64,000 nucleotides of DNA from Octopus vulgaris (lineage: Eukaryota). The translations under genes were made by a program, and so were the position numbers. Shown piece by piece: positions 10,142 through 24,094 of this stretch; within the stretch, counting starts at the first letter, position 1, and each line of letters begins with the position of its first letter. Under the pieces are notes generated by a model. It did not search any database and had not been told where the DNA came from. It saw only the letters and a program-made list of their open reading frames with translations. The stretch covers positions 54,002,001 to 54,066,000 of the forward strand of contig OX597831.1 of NCBI GenBank assembly GCA_951406725.2. The letters run 5' to 3'.

Positions 10142-12734
10142 CTCAAAAATTTACAGTAGTGTAAAGATCATGAAAGCTAACAAGAAACTGGAATATTTTC
10201 TTTGCTATCTTACTGTCTGCCATCTCATGAAAATGTTTACCTTGTCATCAAAAGTGAAGGTGAACATGTTTTGCTTCACAGGAAACTGTTTTCTTAAAAA
10301 ATGAAATTATCAGTGAATAAGTGTTAAGGAATATGAAGGAACTGAGTGTTAATTATAGTATAAAGTAAATAATGGACAATAGTGCTAGCTAGATACTATA
10401 AAGCATCCAGTGTGATGAAAGCACTTTAGACTGCTTGGAATTATAGCAGGGGTGGGTAAGAAGTGAGATATTGGTAGTCATCACATTATCACATGCAATT
10501 AGACTTACCTAATGAAGTTTGTGACCTTTACTAATATTGGTTTTGAAAAGTTATTAAAAGCTATTAGAACCAACATTTTATGATTCACTTGGTTTGCTTG
10601 GTCTTGTATGCTATGTCTGTATAGTGTGCATGGAGAAAATTGCATTGTGACTTGATCCATTCCAGTAGCAGGCTAGGGTTGTATGTTGATAATGTTATAG
10701 TCACTTTCTGGCTATGTCTTGACTGAACTCCAAGTCTGTTGACATTTGCTCTTGCAATTGTTTGCATAGGATATTTCCTATGAGCACCACTGATCTATTT
10801 TGGGACTTTGTGATCTTTTCTTTAAGTAAAGAAAGCAGCGTAGCATAAAAGCTTCCTCTGTGCTCACTAAAATTGGTATCTCTCCTGTTAAATTTTTGTC
10901 TCTGCTATGAATTCTTCAGATATTGTTAGTGGTTTCTGAGGACCAGTCACAGAGATCAATAAAAGTGAGCTCATTGACTTTATCTTTTATTGGTTTTGTC
11001 ATTAGGTTGATGTAGAATTATTAATGGAGCATTTCAATTACCCTTTTTCCTAAAGTCAACTGCAGCACTAAAATTTAGTAATTTACTCTACAATAGGTTT
11101 GTATAACATTATCAACATACAAATAAGCATGTGATATTTTCAACCATATTGGGAAGCCTTATCTATAATTATAAGAATTTGGTCATAAATTGATGAAGCA
11201 AAAGTTGTTTGTCCAGTCTTTCATCTACTCTGTTCATTGAATGTGTATAATGTTTTTTAAAAAAATAGTATCTTGTAATTTAATAAAATGAAAGCAGTTC
11301 CTTTCTAAAATATGGTGACCTTACTAGTAAGGTGTGTGTGCCCTTTCAATCAATTGAGAATGGTTATTGAGATGTATTTGTCATGTTTGCAAAGCAAATA
11401 CTTTGTGCACCTTTTCTACATATCTGAGAAATCCAAATATTTTTTTCAATGATTACAAACAAATTAAACTTGTCTTTGAAATTTTGCTTTTTTCAAATTA
11501 TTTATTTATTACACATCCCGGCTCTATTGAACATATATACTGAGTGAGTTATAAGTTATACAAAATAATTTAACTAAGAAAATATTCAGCAAATATATCT
11601 ACTAATTTTCATTGATCATTTTTATTTATTTATTTATTATTAATACTGACTTAAGTAGGTCTTCCTGTTTTGTAATAGAATGAAAAATAAGATGCATATT
11701 GAAGCAAAAACTAAGACATGTAAAATATAAAATAAGTAGGACTATATTAATTTTTCTGAAGATTAAATTGACAGTACATTGAATATTGACTCTAAGATAC
11801 ATTTCAGAAGTCAAATGCTATTTTTAATTGTTTGCTTATTTTCTGATATTGGAGTTAATGTTTGTATATCTTGTGTCCTCTTATTTATTTATCAACTTAG
11901 AAAATTTTTTTCTTGCATGTTTATATTTATTACTTTTCTCTATTCTGAAACAGTCCTTATATAAATTTATCAGACATGAATATAAATATTTATGGATATA
12001 AATTGCTATGATTGCTTGTATACAACTAATAAAATACTGCAGAAATGCATCATATAAAATTTGACATATAGATATCAGATACTTAATTAGAACTTATTGA
12101 TGAAAGTTACTTTATTAGATAGCTTTAGGCTCTTGCCACATTTCAACATACTTTTTGTTTATTAGTTTTAAATTCTTATTTAGTTTTACATTGTTAATTT
12201 ACAGAAACATAAACTCTTCTTGTTAACATATGTTAGGTTTTGTTTTCTTAAGTTTCCTTTGTGGTAAAATCAATTTCATAAAATAAATCTGAAGCACTTT
12301 TTCACTATTTAAGAGAGATAATCATTTTTATAGCCTTACAACTACATATACATCTTCATGAGAAATACAAGTTCTTTTCATTTTAAACTATTTTGTTGGA
12401 AAAATATGAAAGACATTTTGTGATATTAATCAACTTCTCAACAGTGTCTGTATATACATTGTGTTTCTACATTAAGATATTTTACATCTCTAAGTATGTC
12501 ATAGGTAAGTTTTACAAATAGTGTTTCTTTCAAGAGTCTTTGGAGCTCAGCTTCAATAAATGTGTGTGTGTGTATGTGTTTTACTGATTCAGTCGTTAAA
12601 ACGTGGCTGTGTTGGTTTACTGTCTTCAAGAGTTTATTTGATATCATCCCTCGTACTTATTTTATTGATCTTTATTGGTCAAACCACTTACTTATATAAA
12701 GAAATGCAACCTAAATGTGTGTCAGTGTGTGTAT

Positions 12735-12890
12735 GACAGGCCAATTATATATGTTCCCTGGCTAACAAGTTCCATCTACAAGGCGTTGGTCCCTTTGGGG
12801 CTACAAAAGACATTTGCCTACAGTGCAGTAGGATTGAAACTGGACACGTGGTTGTAAAGCAAACTTTTTGACCACATGACTATTCCTGTA
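12735..12890 (-). mobile_element. SINE family A head, decayed
   Basis: 'gacatttgcctacagtgcagtaggattgaaactggacacgtggttgtaaagcaaac'. Confidence 0.6.
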
Positions 12891-15439
12891 CTTGTATTTC
12901 TGTGGGGAAGCATGGCAAAACATATTAAGACAGAGTGATAGTGATATAAATAAGCTGAATAATATACCTTTGGATCTCTTGCCCATTATGTTAGGTTTTT
13001 ATCAACTGCCATCTTCTCTTCAATACCCTCTCATTTACCATTTCATTCATTCGTTTTATTGTTATCATCAAATTTGACAATGACTTAGCAACTGTAACAA
13101 AAGTGGGGGTGGGGGCGGGGGCTGATGTTATCATACTTCTCCGTTGGTGATCAGTGGAGACGATGACTGGCATCATATTGCACCTCAACAAGAGATGTAT
13201 CCATGGAGAACTATGGGAGTGGCATTATTTCATCAAAATATTGCTCTTTAACCTTTACTTGCAGATCTGTACCATGCAGTCTTAATTGTTAGACACAGAT
13301 GCCAGATAAGCACAAAGTTTTTGAGGTGAGAAAGAGCTGTGCACTCATCGCACTCATATGTTCTTGCACAATTTGACTAATGGCAAGATAAGTCAAGATA
13401 ATTAAGCTTTATGAGAATGCAAAAGATTGCCAAAGTGGTTGAAAGGATCTCCAACCTTGCAGCACTGTCTAACTTGTTATGCGTCCAGGTTATAAAACAT
13501 CATTCCAGATGTTTGCCCTGCATCATGACTTATAGCCCAGCATGACAAAGTGTTGCCTCCTGCACCAGTTGTCCCCATTACCAGCTGCTGTCAATTTTGA
13601 ATCTGTGGAGATGAAGGTTATTTATTTATTTATTTCATGTCCCAATTCTTTTGGAATGAGAACATACCACTAATCATGCACAAATACACATAATGTGTAT
13701 ATTTACATATTATGGTTGACCATTGGTTCCCTTGAGTTCACCTGCCCTTTGACAGGTTTTTTTTTCATCATGCAGAGTGTCCAAAACCACCCTGTCCATC
13801 TTGGTGGTGATTCCCATTTGAGTCACTGACAACCTGATAATGCTACAGGTTGCACTGGGTTTCTTTCACCGGTAGTACTCTCAAGTGACCTGGCACACAC
13901 ACACACACGCATATCTCATGGTTGTTGCTAGCTCATTGAAAGTACTTACTTCATTATTTCAACAATGAGAAGCTTAAAATTTCTTATGAAAAATATTGAG
14001 CAACAGGAACTGATTTTACTTATCTACATTTATTGGTGGGATGTATTAATGAATTAATTCCAAATGTGTGTGTGCATGTATACATGCAAACATGGATAAA
14101 GTGTAAGTTTACTGGCATGTGTTTAATGATAAACATATTTCGTCTCTCTGTGCAAATGAATCCTTATATGTGCTAATATGCAAAGGAGTAAAAATCAATG
14201 CTCGTTACTTAGGTCTTTTTTCATAAATAGGCTGTTAGCTGCTGTCTTCAGAACAAGGTAGATACACTTGATGAGCTAACCAAGCAAAACTAGTTGAAAT
14301 GTTGTTTGTTCTGTAGAGAGCATTATGGTTTAATAACTGGTTTTATTTAAACAGTCGGACTAAATGTATGTTTATTAGACATCTGCATATAAATTTATTT
14401 AGTGTGTGTATGGTAAACTAGACTGTAGTTGGGTTATGTTCATTGAGTCTCATACACACCTATGGCTACAAATGGAAATTTTGTTTTTCATTTTAAATAT
14501 TTGAAATATTGCTTTACAAGTAAAATATTAAAATCTAAATTACCAAGCACTTAGTACATTTAAGTCCATATCACAATTGTTGATTTTGAAGACAACATAG
14601 GAAATAAATTTTTGATCAGATATTTATACCAATATTTTGCCAATGCAGGATATCTTGAATTTTAAATACAAATATATTTTAAATAAAATTTATCAAAACT
14701 TTTTAATTAACTCAATTTTAGTTTGATCTCAGTAATCTCCCATTTTTTTTTTATAATGTTATTGGTATAAAGTTCAACTGCGTATAAAATATATTAAAAA
14801 CCAATATAAAATATATTAAAAATGTTCGTGAAACATTTTATGTAAATACCTAAATTTAAAGAAGCCTTCCTCGCCACTCTAATTTGTTAAAAATTTGATA
14901 TTAAACCTAAATGGATAGACACTCTTTAACACTGACTGTTTTTAGGTAACATTACCTTCTGAAGAAGTTTTCATTTTAGGCATGACATAAACCTAGTTGA
15001 CAAAAGGTGGCATGAGTACTGATCATAAAGCTTAATGTGAGAAGGCCAAATTCAAATGATCTAAAAACCAGAATACCTAAAGCTTAAAAAGCCAAATGCT
15101 CAGAGCACAGAATTGTCAAGTATTTTAGGGGAAAATACTGTGGAAAATGGTCTTAAAATACATTTATGTACAGTTTTAAAAGGGAGTTTATTATAACATA
15201 TTTGCTTTATTTATGCTATGTCAGAATAACAAAGGTAAACAAGATATGGTGAGCATATTTACTTACAAAAAGGAAAAAAAATGTGCATTGCAATGATATC
15301 ATATTAAAGGCAGTAAAAACTGATATAGCTTATTTATTGAAGGCTTCTGTTCTTTAAATTCTCTTATTATTGGGTAGTTTGTTGAGTTTTTTTTAAAGTA
15401 AATATGCTTCCCATACCTTGCTTGCCTTTATTGTTTTGA

Positions 15440-15770
15440 CAATATAAAGTAAGTGCTATCATACGTAAATGTTTTTCAAATAAACTCTGTTTTAAAACTG
15501 TTTTGAAGATCATGTCTCTTTTTTACCCCTAAAATAGTTATTCTGACATAACATAATAAAAAGAGTAAATATGTTATGTATCTCAAATAAACTCCATTTA
15601 GAATTGTAAATAAGTGTTTTTAAGGGTGTTTTTCTTCTAAAATAGTTATTGTATCATAGCAGAACAGAAAAAGGTAAATAGGTTACAACGTTTCTCAAAT
15701 AAACTCCTATTTAAAGCTGTAAATAAAAGTCTTTTATGACTGATTTTCATATTTCCCTTAAAATATTTCA
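15440..15770. repeat. Degenerate tandem repeat, ~110-bp unit x3
   Basis: Anchor 'tcaaataaactc' at ~15476, 15583 and 15696; 'ctaaaatagttatt' recurs. Confidence 0.8.
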
Positions 15771-18639
15771 CAATTCAGTGTTTTGTGCATTTTATCTTTC
15801 AAGCTTTTGGTATTGTGATTTTTAAGCTATTTAAATTCAAACTTCTCATGTTTAGTCTCTTTGCAATCAGCTTTATGATCCCAAACCGGATAACTCTGAC
15901 AGGGTCAGGATTAATATGATCAAGTAGGTATTTATAGTTTCAAGTAGATGATCACCATGTTTCCATTCTAATTTCCTGTTATAAAGAACAGTACAAGTTA
16001 TAGAAAGAATCATTCTAGGATTATTTCTTGTTGAATCTGAAATAAAGAACTTGAAAAGAAATGATAGAAATCTCTATAATCAGCACTTTTGTAAGAAGGC
16101 AGTGAAATCCAGTACTTTGTATGCTGCAAAACTAATATGCACTTCAGTATAATTGTATTTCTTATAAACTGATCTTGAAGCCTTACTCACTAAATACATT
16201 TGTACAACTGTGATGGTGCATTTGAAGTTGTAGGCTAATTGTATTACTTAAGTAAACTAATAACTACTTCGGTAAATGAAAGTAAATAAGGTACAATTTG
16301 AATGGTTGCGTAAAATTTTGAGAATCGTAACTTTTTAACATGATACCAGTATTTTTCTCAAAATGAAGTTGAGTGTTAGAATTGGGGCACAGGTTCAAGT
16401 AATTATGGTCTTGTGATCTGAGGAAAGCCCTAGCCCACTTCTATTTGAAAAGATCTCTGCTCAAAGTCATTCAAATTGTGACCATCCTTTCTTTTCTTCA
16501 ATTATAGTTTATCTAGTGAAATTGGTGCTAATATAATTAATACTGGGATCATTAACAATTAGCTACAATTAATTATGCTATAGGGAAAAGCTTAACAATG
16601 ACAAATATTATTTTAATTATTTTGGCAACAACAGGAGACAAGTTTGGACATGAGTCAGCTGTAAAATATAATAGGCTTCACTATATTTAACAAGGCAGTG
16701 ATGAAAGAATCACTAAGTAAATGTATTATATTGTACAGTATTTGGTGTAGTGTAACTAAGACTATATCATTCGCTATCCTTTGTTTTAAGATGGTAGTGT
16801 GTGCTTTGAGAGTGAGATTCGGTTGTGTTGAAGTTCTCTTTACAGAAACCATTAACATGTTGGAAATATTTATAGCAATGAATGAGAATTGGTGATCAAG
16901 TGTTGTCAACTCATTGTAAAAGATAATTAAAAAACTTTGGGGGATATTAAATACGATTTAAAGAGACTGGGCTTCATAAATAAACTCAGCTGGCAGAACA
17001 GGTAATATTTCAAATAGAATCAGCAATTGATAAAGCAGTAAAGCAATTGCAAATAATAGGATAGTTTTAATTAAACAAAAGTAATTTTTATTAAATTTGA
17101 TATTCCATATTCTGTCATATTTATTATATGACTAATTTAAGATCTAAACAAATGTTAATACAAAATCAAGTATCCATTTAGTTTTTCTTGTTTAGCTTTA
17201 TTCATTCTATTCATTAAAGTTAACTTCATTTTGTGATTTTTTTTTTTTAAAGAAATTCTTTCGTTTATATATAGCAATTAAGAATCTTCAACTGAAATTA
17301 ATACAAGATAAGTGCTCTCAAATTAAATACTTTATTCTAACAAATTCTAATTCTTAGGAACATAAAACACCTTCAATTACTTTAATTTCACCAACAGTTT
17401 GTGAATTGTTTGTTGATTTGACCATTATAGTTAGAACAGGTTAATTTCAATGTGGATACATTCATATTTTAATTTAAGTACATAAATGTGTCTCTCATTT
17501 GACCTTAGATTAAACATCAAAAAGTAATTTAATGTAATTATCAATTTTATATAATATCTAAACTTCAAGTAATTAAATGGTTCATTGAATTGGAAATATT
17601 TATTTAGCACATAAACAGTTCTCTACACATTAGCATGTAGATTATACAGCAACAATGATTTTAATACATATCAAGACAGTTAAATTTGTAGGTATAGGAC
17701 AAGGCAGTCTTAGCAGAAAAAATGTTTTAAAAATTCAGTCACTTTCATTAAAAACAAAAAAAAAATTTCAATACCAATACTATTAGAGGACAATCAAGAA
17801 TATGATTATCATTTTCACATCTTGCTCATAATTGATTGCTTTGAATATAAGATGGAGACAATATTTTATTTAAACACTTGAAGCTAGTGTAAATTTAAAG
17901 AATAGAAATTAAACAAAAAAAAAGAAAGAAAACTATATAGGTTTGTGTATTTTGTAAACATTATTGTTTAGTCATCAAACAACTTGAGATAAGATGTTAG
18001 GTGATAATGAAAGTACTTATCACACTTAATCCCCACTTCCCACAAAATACTCAAGGGTTGAACTCTCAAGTAGATTACCTCAATAACTTAAACCCATACA
18101 ACACATGTGCATGCTTGCAAACATGTTCTTACATACTAATGTTGAATTTTAAAACCTCTAAGTTTACCTTATTCTCTAATAAAATCACCTAAAATTTTTT
18201 AAAGAAAAACTTAAATTAAAAGCATGCAGGGTGGGTGTCTTTGGTGTGGTCATAATAGCCAGAAAAAAAAACAAAAAAAAAAAACAATTCTCACTATTTT
18301 ATGAATGCTGCAACTAGTTCATGAATGCATAAGGGAAGCATGACAAAACATGACTAAAGACAAGAAAGTGGCAGTTACTATTTTATGTAAGATCACCAAG
18401 TTTATCAGAAAACAGTCTGTTTCTTACATCCTGTTGGCTGACTAACATGTTTGATGACTAATATAGTACTTGTTGACTAACAAGTTACACAAATGTTCCA
18501 CCAAAACTGCTTCATGGAGATTCTTGAAGTATGGTCATATCCATTTCCCTATATTTGTGAATACTTGGAATGAGTTGACTGATGACAGCACCATGAGAAC
18601 ATGTAAAAGAAAAAGGTAGTTTTTCTCATGTTGTTGTTT

Positions 18640-18825
18640 AGTGCTACATAAGTCCTAAGTGAGGAGACCTGTAATCAAAGATGTTAAAATTTATAATGAT
18701 CTTTTTCATTTTTTTTTTCATTTTCTGCTTACTCAGGATTATATTGTTCAATATATCTTTCCCTCTTAAGACAGTTGGATGTGGTTTGAGGGAGATTTGG
18801 CTGTTATTTCTAGAAACCAATAAAG
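18640..18825 (+). mobile_element. Old interspersed repeat family E (~200 bp)
   Basis: 'agacctgtaatcaaag...tgtggtttgagggagatttggctgttatttctag'. Related copies at ~16420, 20570, 25495(-), 32130, 35365, 35690 and 53840. Confidence 0.6.
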
Positions 18826-19220
18826 AAATTCCTGAATATCCTTAAACACATCTGTATTAAAATATGTACTAACTAGAGTAAAATATCTAAATCACAAAAT
18901 TTTGTTTGGGTATAGTGGACAAGGCAGTGTGATTATAAATGGAAATAAACTTCTAGATCTGAAGTTAGCAGATAGCATTTATCTGCAGCTGTTTGTTAGA
19001 TTATATTGAAGAAGTTCATTTATAATGTAGTTAATTTATCATTTTGACAATTGCATATGTAACTTTTAACTTTGGACATAGGACAATATTTTAAACTTTG
19101 TACCATCACCATTGCTATCATTATGCTTTCATTATGGCTACCTCTATAATATAATATGTTTCATTGGGGACAAACTACAGCATGCAGCAAAAGTAAATAT
19201 AATCTTTAAAAAATCAACAA

Positions 19221-19563
19221 CAGCCATGGCTCTGTGGTAAGAAGCTTGCTTCCTAGCCACATGATCCTGGGTTCAGTCCCACTGCATGGCACTTTGGGCA
19301 AGTGTCTTCTACTATAGCCTTGGGCTGAGTAAAGCCTTGCAAGTGGATTTGGTAGATGGAAACTGAAAGAAGCCTGGCGTGTGTGTATGTCTTTGTATCT
19401 GTGTTTGACCCCCCACCACTGCTTGACAACTGGTGCTGATAGAATAAGTGCCAAGCTTTAAAAAAGGAAGTATAGAGGTCAATTCATTTGATTAAAAAAT
19501 TCTTCAAGGCAGTGCCCCAGCATAGCCACAGCCTAATGACTGAAACATGTAAAAGATAAAAGA
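19221..19563 (+). mobile_element. tRNA-derived SINE family A, near full length
   Basis: A box 'tggctctgtggt', B box 'gggttcagtccc', then 'ctttgggcaagtgtcttctactatagcc...ggatttggtagatggaaactgaaagaagcc' and an A-rich tail. Confidence 0.88.
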
Positions 19564-20094
19564 AAAATTATTTTGAATCTAAAAGTTTTCTCATAACAAT
19601 TCGTCCAAACCCCATAAACTGGCACTGCAAAATCCTTTTGCTGATGATTCTATTTTGCTATCATTTTTTCCCCCAAAGTTATTCAGGTTTATTGACTGCC
19701 TGTACTTACCTGCTGTAATGAAATCTTCTCAACAGTTAATTTGAAAAGTTGGAATTCATTTTGAAATAACAAAAAGAAAAGAAAAAAAAAAAATTTTTAA
19801 ATCACAAAAATAATGAAACAGCCTGAATGTGTACTCGAAAATGATACTTCAGAGTAGTTCAATAACATTTTTATTCAATTAAACTGAACCTAATTGGTTC
19901 TCATTCCAACCAACATTGTAATTATTATTTTCTCCCATGGTGCAGCACAGCAGTAATTTACAACCAGTTATTTTGCAAAAGGACTTCAGGTAATAAATTA
20001 TTTTTTCCATAAATACATTGACAGTTTCTTTTTTCGAAACTGTTGGATATCTTTGAACTTTATTTATATCCACTTGTCTGAATTTCCCTTTGTT

Positions 20095-20440
20095 CTTTTA
20101 CTAGTTTCAGTCATTTGACTGTGGCCATGCTGTGGCAACATCTTGAACAGTTTGATTGATCAAATCGATTCCAGTACTTATTTCAAGTTTAGTATTTATT
20201 CTGTTGCTCTTTTTTACTGAACTACTTATTTATGGAGGTGTAAATAAATCAACACTGCTTGTGAGGTGCTGAAAGAAATAGATGTTCTCTCTCTCTCTCT
20301 CTCATGTGTCAGGCTTATACACTGTTTCCACATATCAAATTCACTCACAAGAATTAGTGAACATAAGTCATCAAAGATAGCATGCAATATGACTGAACTC
20401 AAAACCATGCGTTACAAAATGAACTTTTTAATAGCTCACC
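20095..20440 (-). mobile_element. SINE family A, decayed
   Basis: 'gtttcagtcatttgactgtggccatgctg' tail; 'gactgaactcaaaaccatg' head. Confidence 0.65.
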
Positions 20441-20569
20441 TATGCAAAGTGTGAAGAAAATCTTAGCTGAGTGAATAATACAATTTTTGGTTTTGTTTCT
20501 TTGTTAATTTAAGAATATAGATGTATAACTAAAAACACTTGAATTTTGAATATGTGTTCCTTGTTGATG

Positions 20570-20770
20570 GTTTTTAGCCACAGGCCAACCATTATCAAGT
20601 AAACCTTTGATCAAAGATATTCCAGATCTAACCCTCCCATGTTTTTCCTAGATTTAATGTATCTATAACTACATCATCCAATATGTTTTTTCCTTTAATA
20701 TCATATGCAGCATGTGGGAAAGTTGGCTATTCCTACCAGTTTGGGCAGCAGTGCAAAGACTCCTTCATTT
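20570..20770 (+). mobile_element. Repeat family E copy
   Basis: 'tttagccacaggccaacc...atcaaagatattccag...actacatcatccaatatg'. Confidence 0.6.
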
Positions 20771-20852
20771 TCTTATTTAAGTTAATATTTTGTATTGAAA
20801 TAAAAATGTGAAATAATTAACTGAAAATTTAATGTGTATATTTACTGGTATA

Positions 20853-21005
20853 CATCATCATCATCATCCAGTTTCCTTGTTGGCATGGGTTGGAGGAGTT
20901 GTCTCCCATTGGGAACTACAGCTTTCAAAGACTAATTATATGTGTCATTTGGTTTGATTTCTATGGCTGGATGCCCTAACATTAATCACTCTATAGAGTG
21001 TATGA
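20853..21005 (-). mobile_element. RTE 3' UTR fragment
   Basis: (CAT)n, 'ttggcatgggttgga' and 'ggctggatgccc' are reverse-complement matches to 60420-60560. Confidence 0.7.
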
Positions 21006-21529
21006 GATACATTTAGAGAGGTTGAATAGTCTTTGGTGAAACAGTGCTGGAGGGAGCTCATAACTCTACACTTTCTCTACTTGTTTTACCAACCACTTTG
21101 CAGTAGGTGGTGGTCTTGTACACAGAAAATGTAAATTTGGAAAAGGAAGAATGAGGCCAGAAATGTTTGTTAGAAATGTAGGAATAGGGAAGTAAATGTA
21201 GGTATATGAAGGACAAAATTATGGCATATACATTTACAAAGGTGACTGAGGAAGGAAGCTGGAGAGAAAGAACAATAATATAGAAAGATCAGAATGAATG
21301 GAAGAGTCAAAGAAAAAGAGAGTATGGTGGGAAGAAAACAAAGATAGAGAGGGTGTGAGAGAGAGGGAGTGCTTGTTCATAGTTAGTGGACAAAGGTAGA
21401 GGTGGATGTGAGATAAAATGAGAGTAAGTGGAAGTGGAGGGGGAAATTGACAATAGAAGAGGTGAACAAAGCTAGAAATGGGTGATGAAATAAGAGCATA
21501 TGAGGGGAGGTTCAGAGGAGGGAGAGTAC

Positions 21530-21642
21530 TAACAGTACAACATAGTAAAATTAGTGCATGAGACTGCTATCATCATCACTCTGATCTCATGCACTAACTT
21601 TACTATGCTGTACTGTTAATGTATGAGATCAGAGGGATGAAT
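21530..21642. repeat. Inverted duplication (template-switch-like)
   Basis: 21530-21563 vs 21585-21618 (32/34); 21573-21590 vs 21625-21642 (17/18). Confidence 0.9.
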
Positions 21643-21869
21643 ATAAGTGTGCTGAAAGACAAGTGAGTATAGTGAGGAAGACGATGGTACATTTAGCATA
21701 ATTGGTGGAAGATAAGAAATGGTGAGTTATGACTGACAAGAAGGGGTTTGAGCAATTGACTGATGTGAGGGTTGGGCCAAGGATATAAGGTGAGGGAGTC
21801 AGCAAATGTAGGGCTAGCAGGACGCAAATAGTGCAGCCACTAAACACTACCTTCAAGTTTTACTGTGGG

Positions 21870-22165
21870 TGGACAGGTCTTCTGCAGCACAGCATATCAC
21901 CAATCATTTCAGTCCTTTGTCATCTCCTCTGTAAGATGCAGCAGCATCAAGTCAACCATCACCACCTCACCCAAGCCTTCTTTGATCTCTCTCTCTCTCT
22001 CTCTCTTGTGCATTCCACTAACTTGGAGTGCTCAACACTTCCTTATGCAGCAATCCTCCTTCATGTACATCACATTCCTATAGCAGTGTAGTCTTATCTT
22101 TTGTGCACAACACCTGTTTCCTTTTATACCCAGTTTTTCTCTCAGTTCATTTGCAGAGCATACTT
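21870..22165 (-). mobile_element. RTE LINE ORF C-terminal fragment
   Basis: Minus strand ELREKLGIKGNRCC..., homologous to 59890-60160. Confidence 0.65.
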
Positions 22166-23815
22166 ACTGGTATGCAATATTTATTAACTAATTTTTGAGA
22201 TTTCTTTGTAATTTGATTAATGTTACTTTTAATAGTGGAAAGTGAATGAGAATGCATTTTAAATTAGAAATTAAGAAATGGTTGTATATGGTATAGGATG
22301 TAAAATGTCCATTACATACAGTTTATAGGAAATTGATTAACTTCCATATGAAATCTTATTAAAATATTCAAAATTTCCCAACAATATCTGGCATTAAATT
22401 GCTAAATAAAAATTGCTTAGGTATATGCTATAGAAAAATCAGCATACTTTTGCAAAAACCTCGCTATTTGAGGCACACATTTAGATTGTTATTTGTAAAT
22501 AGTATATGTCTGTTCTAAAGAGGATTTTTGTTTTCTCCAGAAACTTAAAATAAGTCTTAATATTCTCTACACATACGCACAGACATTTCTGCCATCCATT
22601 TTTATATCGGTTGCAGTATATACTAGAAGCTTATTTTTAGCAATGGAGATATTGGTTTCTGCATAGATAAATACCATCAATTTAAATCCATTAGTTTTAT
22701 TGAGAATAATGCACTTTACTTTGGCATATATAATATATATTTAAAAAAGAAAGAAAAAAAAACTGATCGAAAAATTCAATATTCTCACATGTTATTCCGC
22801 TAGTTCTTAATTTTCAAAACTTTGTATCATATCACAAATGTAACTTTATTCCCTCTCTACCAATAATACTTTGCAAATGTATTGACATCCTAGCAATAGA
22901 AGTTGAAAACTAATCTTTTGTATTATTGATATAAATCATATCAAAAGAATGTTTTGCTTAACATATTGTTAGGACACCTTTGAAATTAAGTTATACATAT
23001 TTAATTCTTTATATAGGAAAGTTACCTGTACAATTAATGAAATTTTGATTTAAATATAAATATATTTTGACAATATGAGTAAATTCTTGTAATCTGAGTT
23101 GTTAAAAGGGCAAATTCTAAGCTGCTTTACTTTATACAGAAGTAAAATATTTTCTTAAAGAAAGTGTTAGAACCATTTATTGCCTGTCCAAATGGCTAAG
23201 ATTATTTTGGGAAATTAACAAAGTTTGCCTGATCCAATAATTGTGAACACCTACCTTCATTTCCTTTTTCAACATGTTCAGCTCTGAAAGAGTTACTGTT
23301 GTTTATTCTCTCTTGGTTCAAACTACTGAAGTTAGGCAGCTTAAACTTTTCGATTGATTATTAAACAGCTTTAAAATATTTGAGTCTGTTTTTCAATTTT
23401 TTTTTCTTTTGTTTGTATATTATATACACATTTTGTTTCTATTCAATATCATCTGCTGGATAAGTTATATGTTAAACAAAATACAAAAAAAAAAATTGTT
23501 CATTGGTATATAGTAACACAATTCTTTTTTTTTTTTGCATTGGATGCTTTAATAGTATTATTAGTATAGAATACATTAGGCATTGATCAAATGTGTAACC
23601 TTTCACTGACCTTGTCAAAGTTTTTTTTAAAAATTGGGTAAAACATTTGATTATGAAATAAAGGTAGATTAGACATATCCCTATGTTATGGGTTTTTTTT
23701 TTCTGAGGGCTACAGTTTTGTATTAAATTCATTAAATATTAACTTAGCCAATCAGTTTTAAAATAGTTACAGTTATCAGGATTTAGAGTTTGTATTTCAT
23801 TAACATATATTTACT

Positions 23816-24094
23816 GGCACCCTGTTGATTACGACGATGAGGGTTGCAGTTGATCCAACGGAACAACATGCAAGTGGCTGAGCACTCCACAGACGTGTAC
23901 CCGTAAGATAGTTCACAGAATGTGACAAGGCTGGCCCTTTGAAATATAGGTGCTACTCAAATTTGCCAGCTGAGTGAACTGGAGCAATGAAAAATAAAGT
24001 GTCTTGCTCAAGGACACAATGCATTGCCAGGAATTAAACTCACAATCCTACAGTTGTGAGCCAAATATGCTAACCATTAAGCCATGTGCCTTCA
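23816..24094 (-). mobile_element. tRNA-derived SINE family B
   Basis: Reverse complement of 37794-38112 ('aaagtgtcttgctcaaggacacaa', 'ccagctgagtgaactggagcaa'). Confidence 0.88.

Noticed and set aside
13104-13121. G-quadruplex candidate GGGGGTGGGGGCGGGGG
   Set aside because: Only three G-runs and no other support
19704-19712. Perfect minus-strand donor CAG|GTAAGT
   Set aside because: No convincing upstream acceptor (the Y-tract ends in ttcaa, not AG); a single 9-mer is plausible by chance in 64 kb
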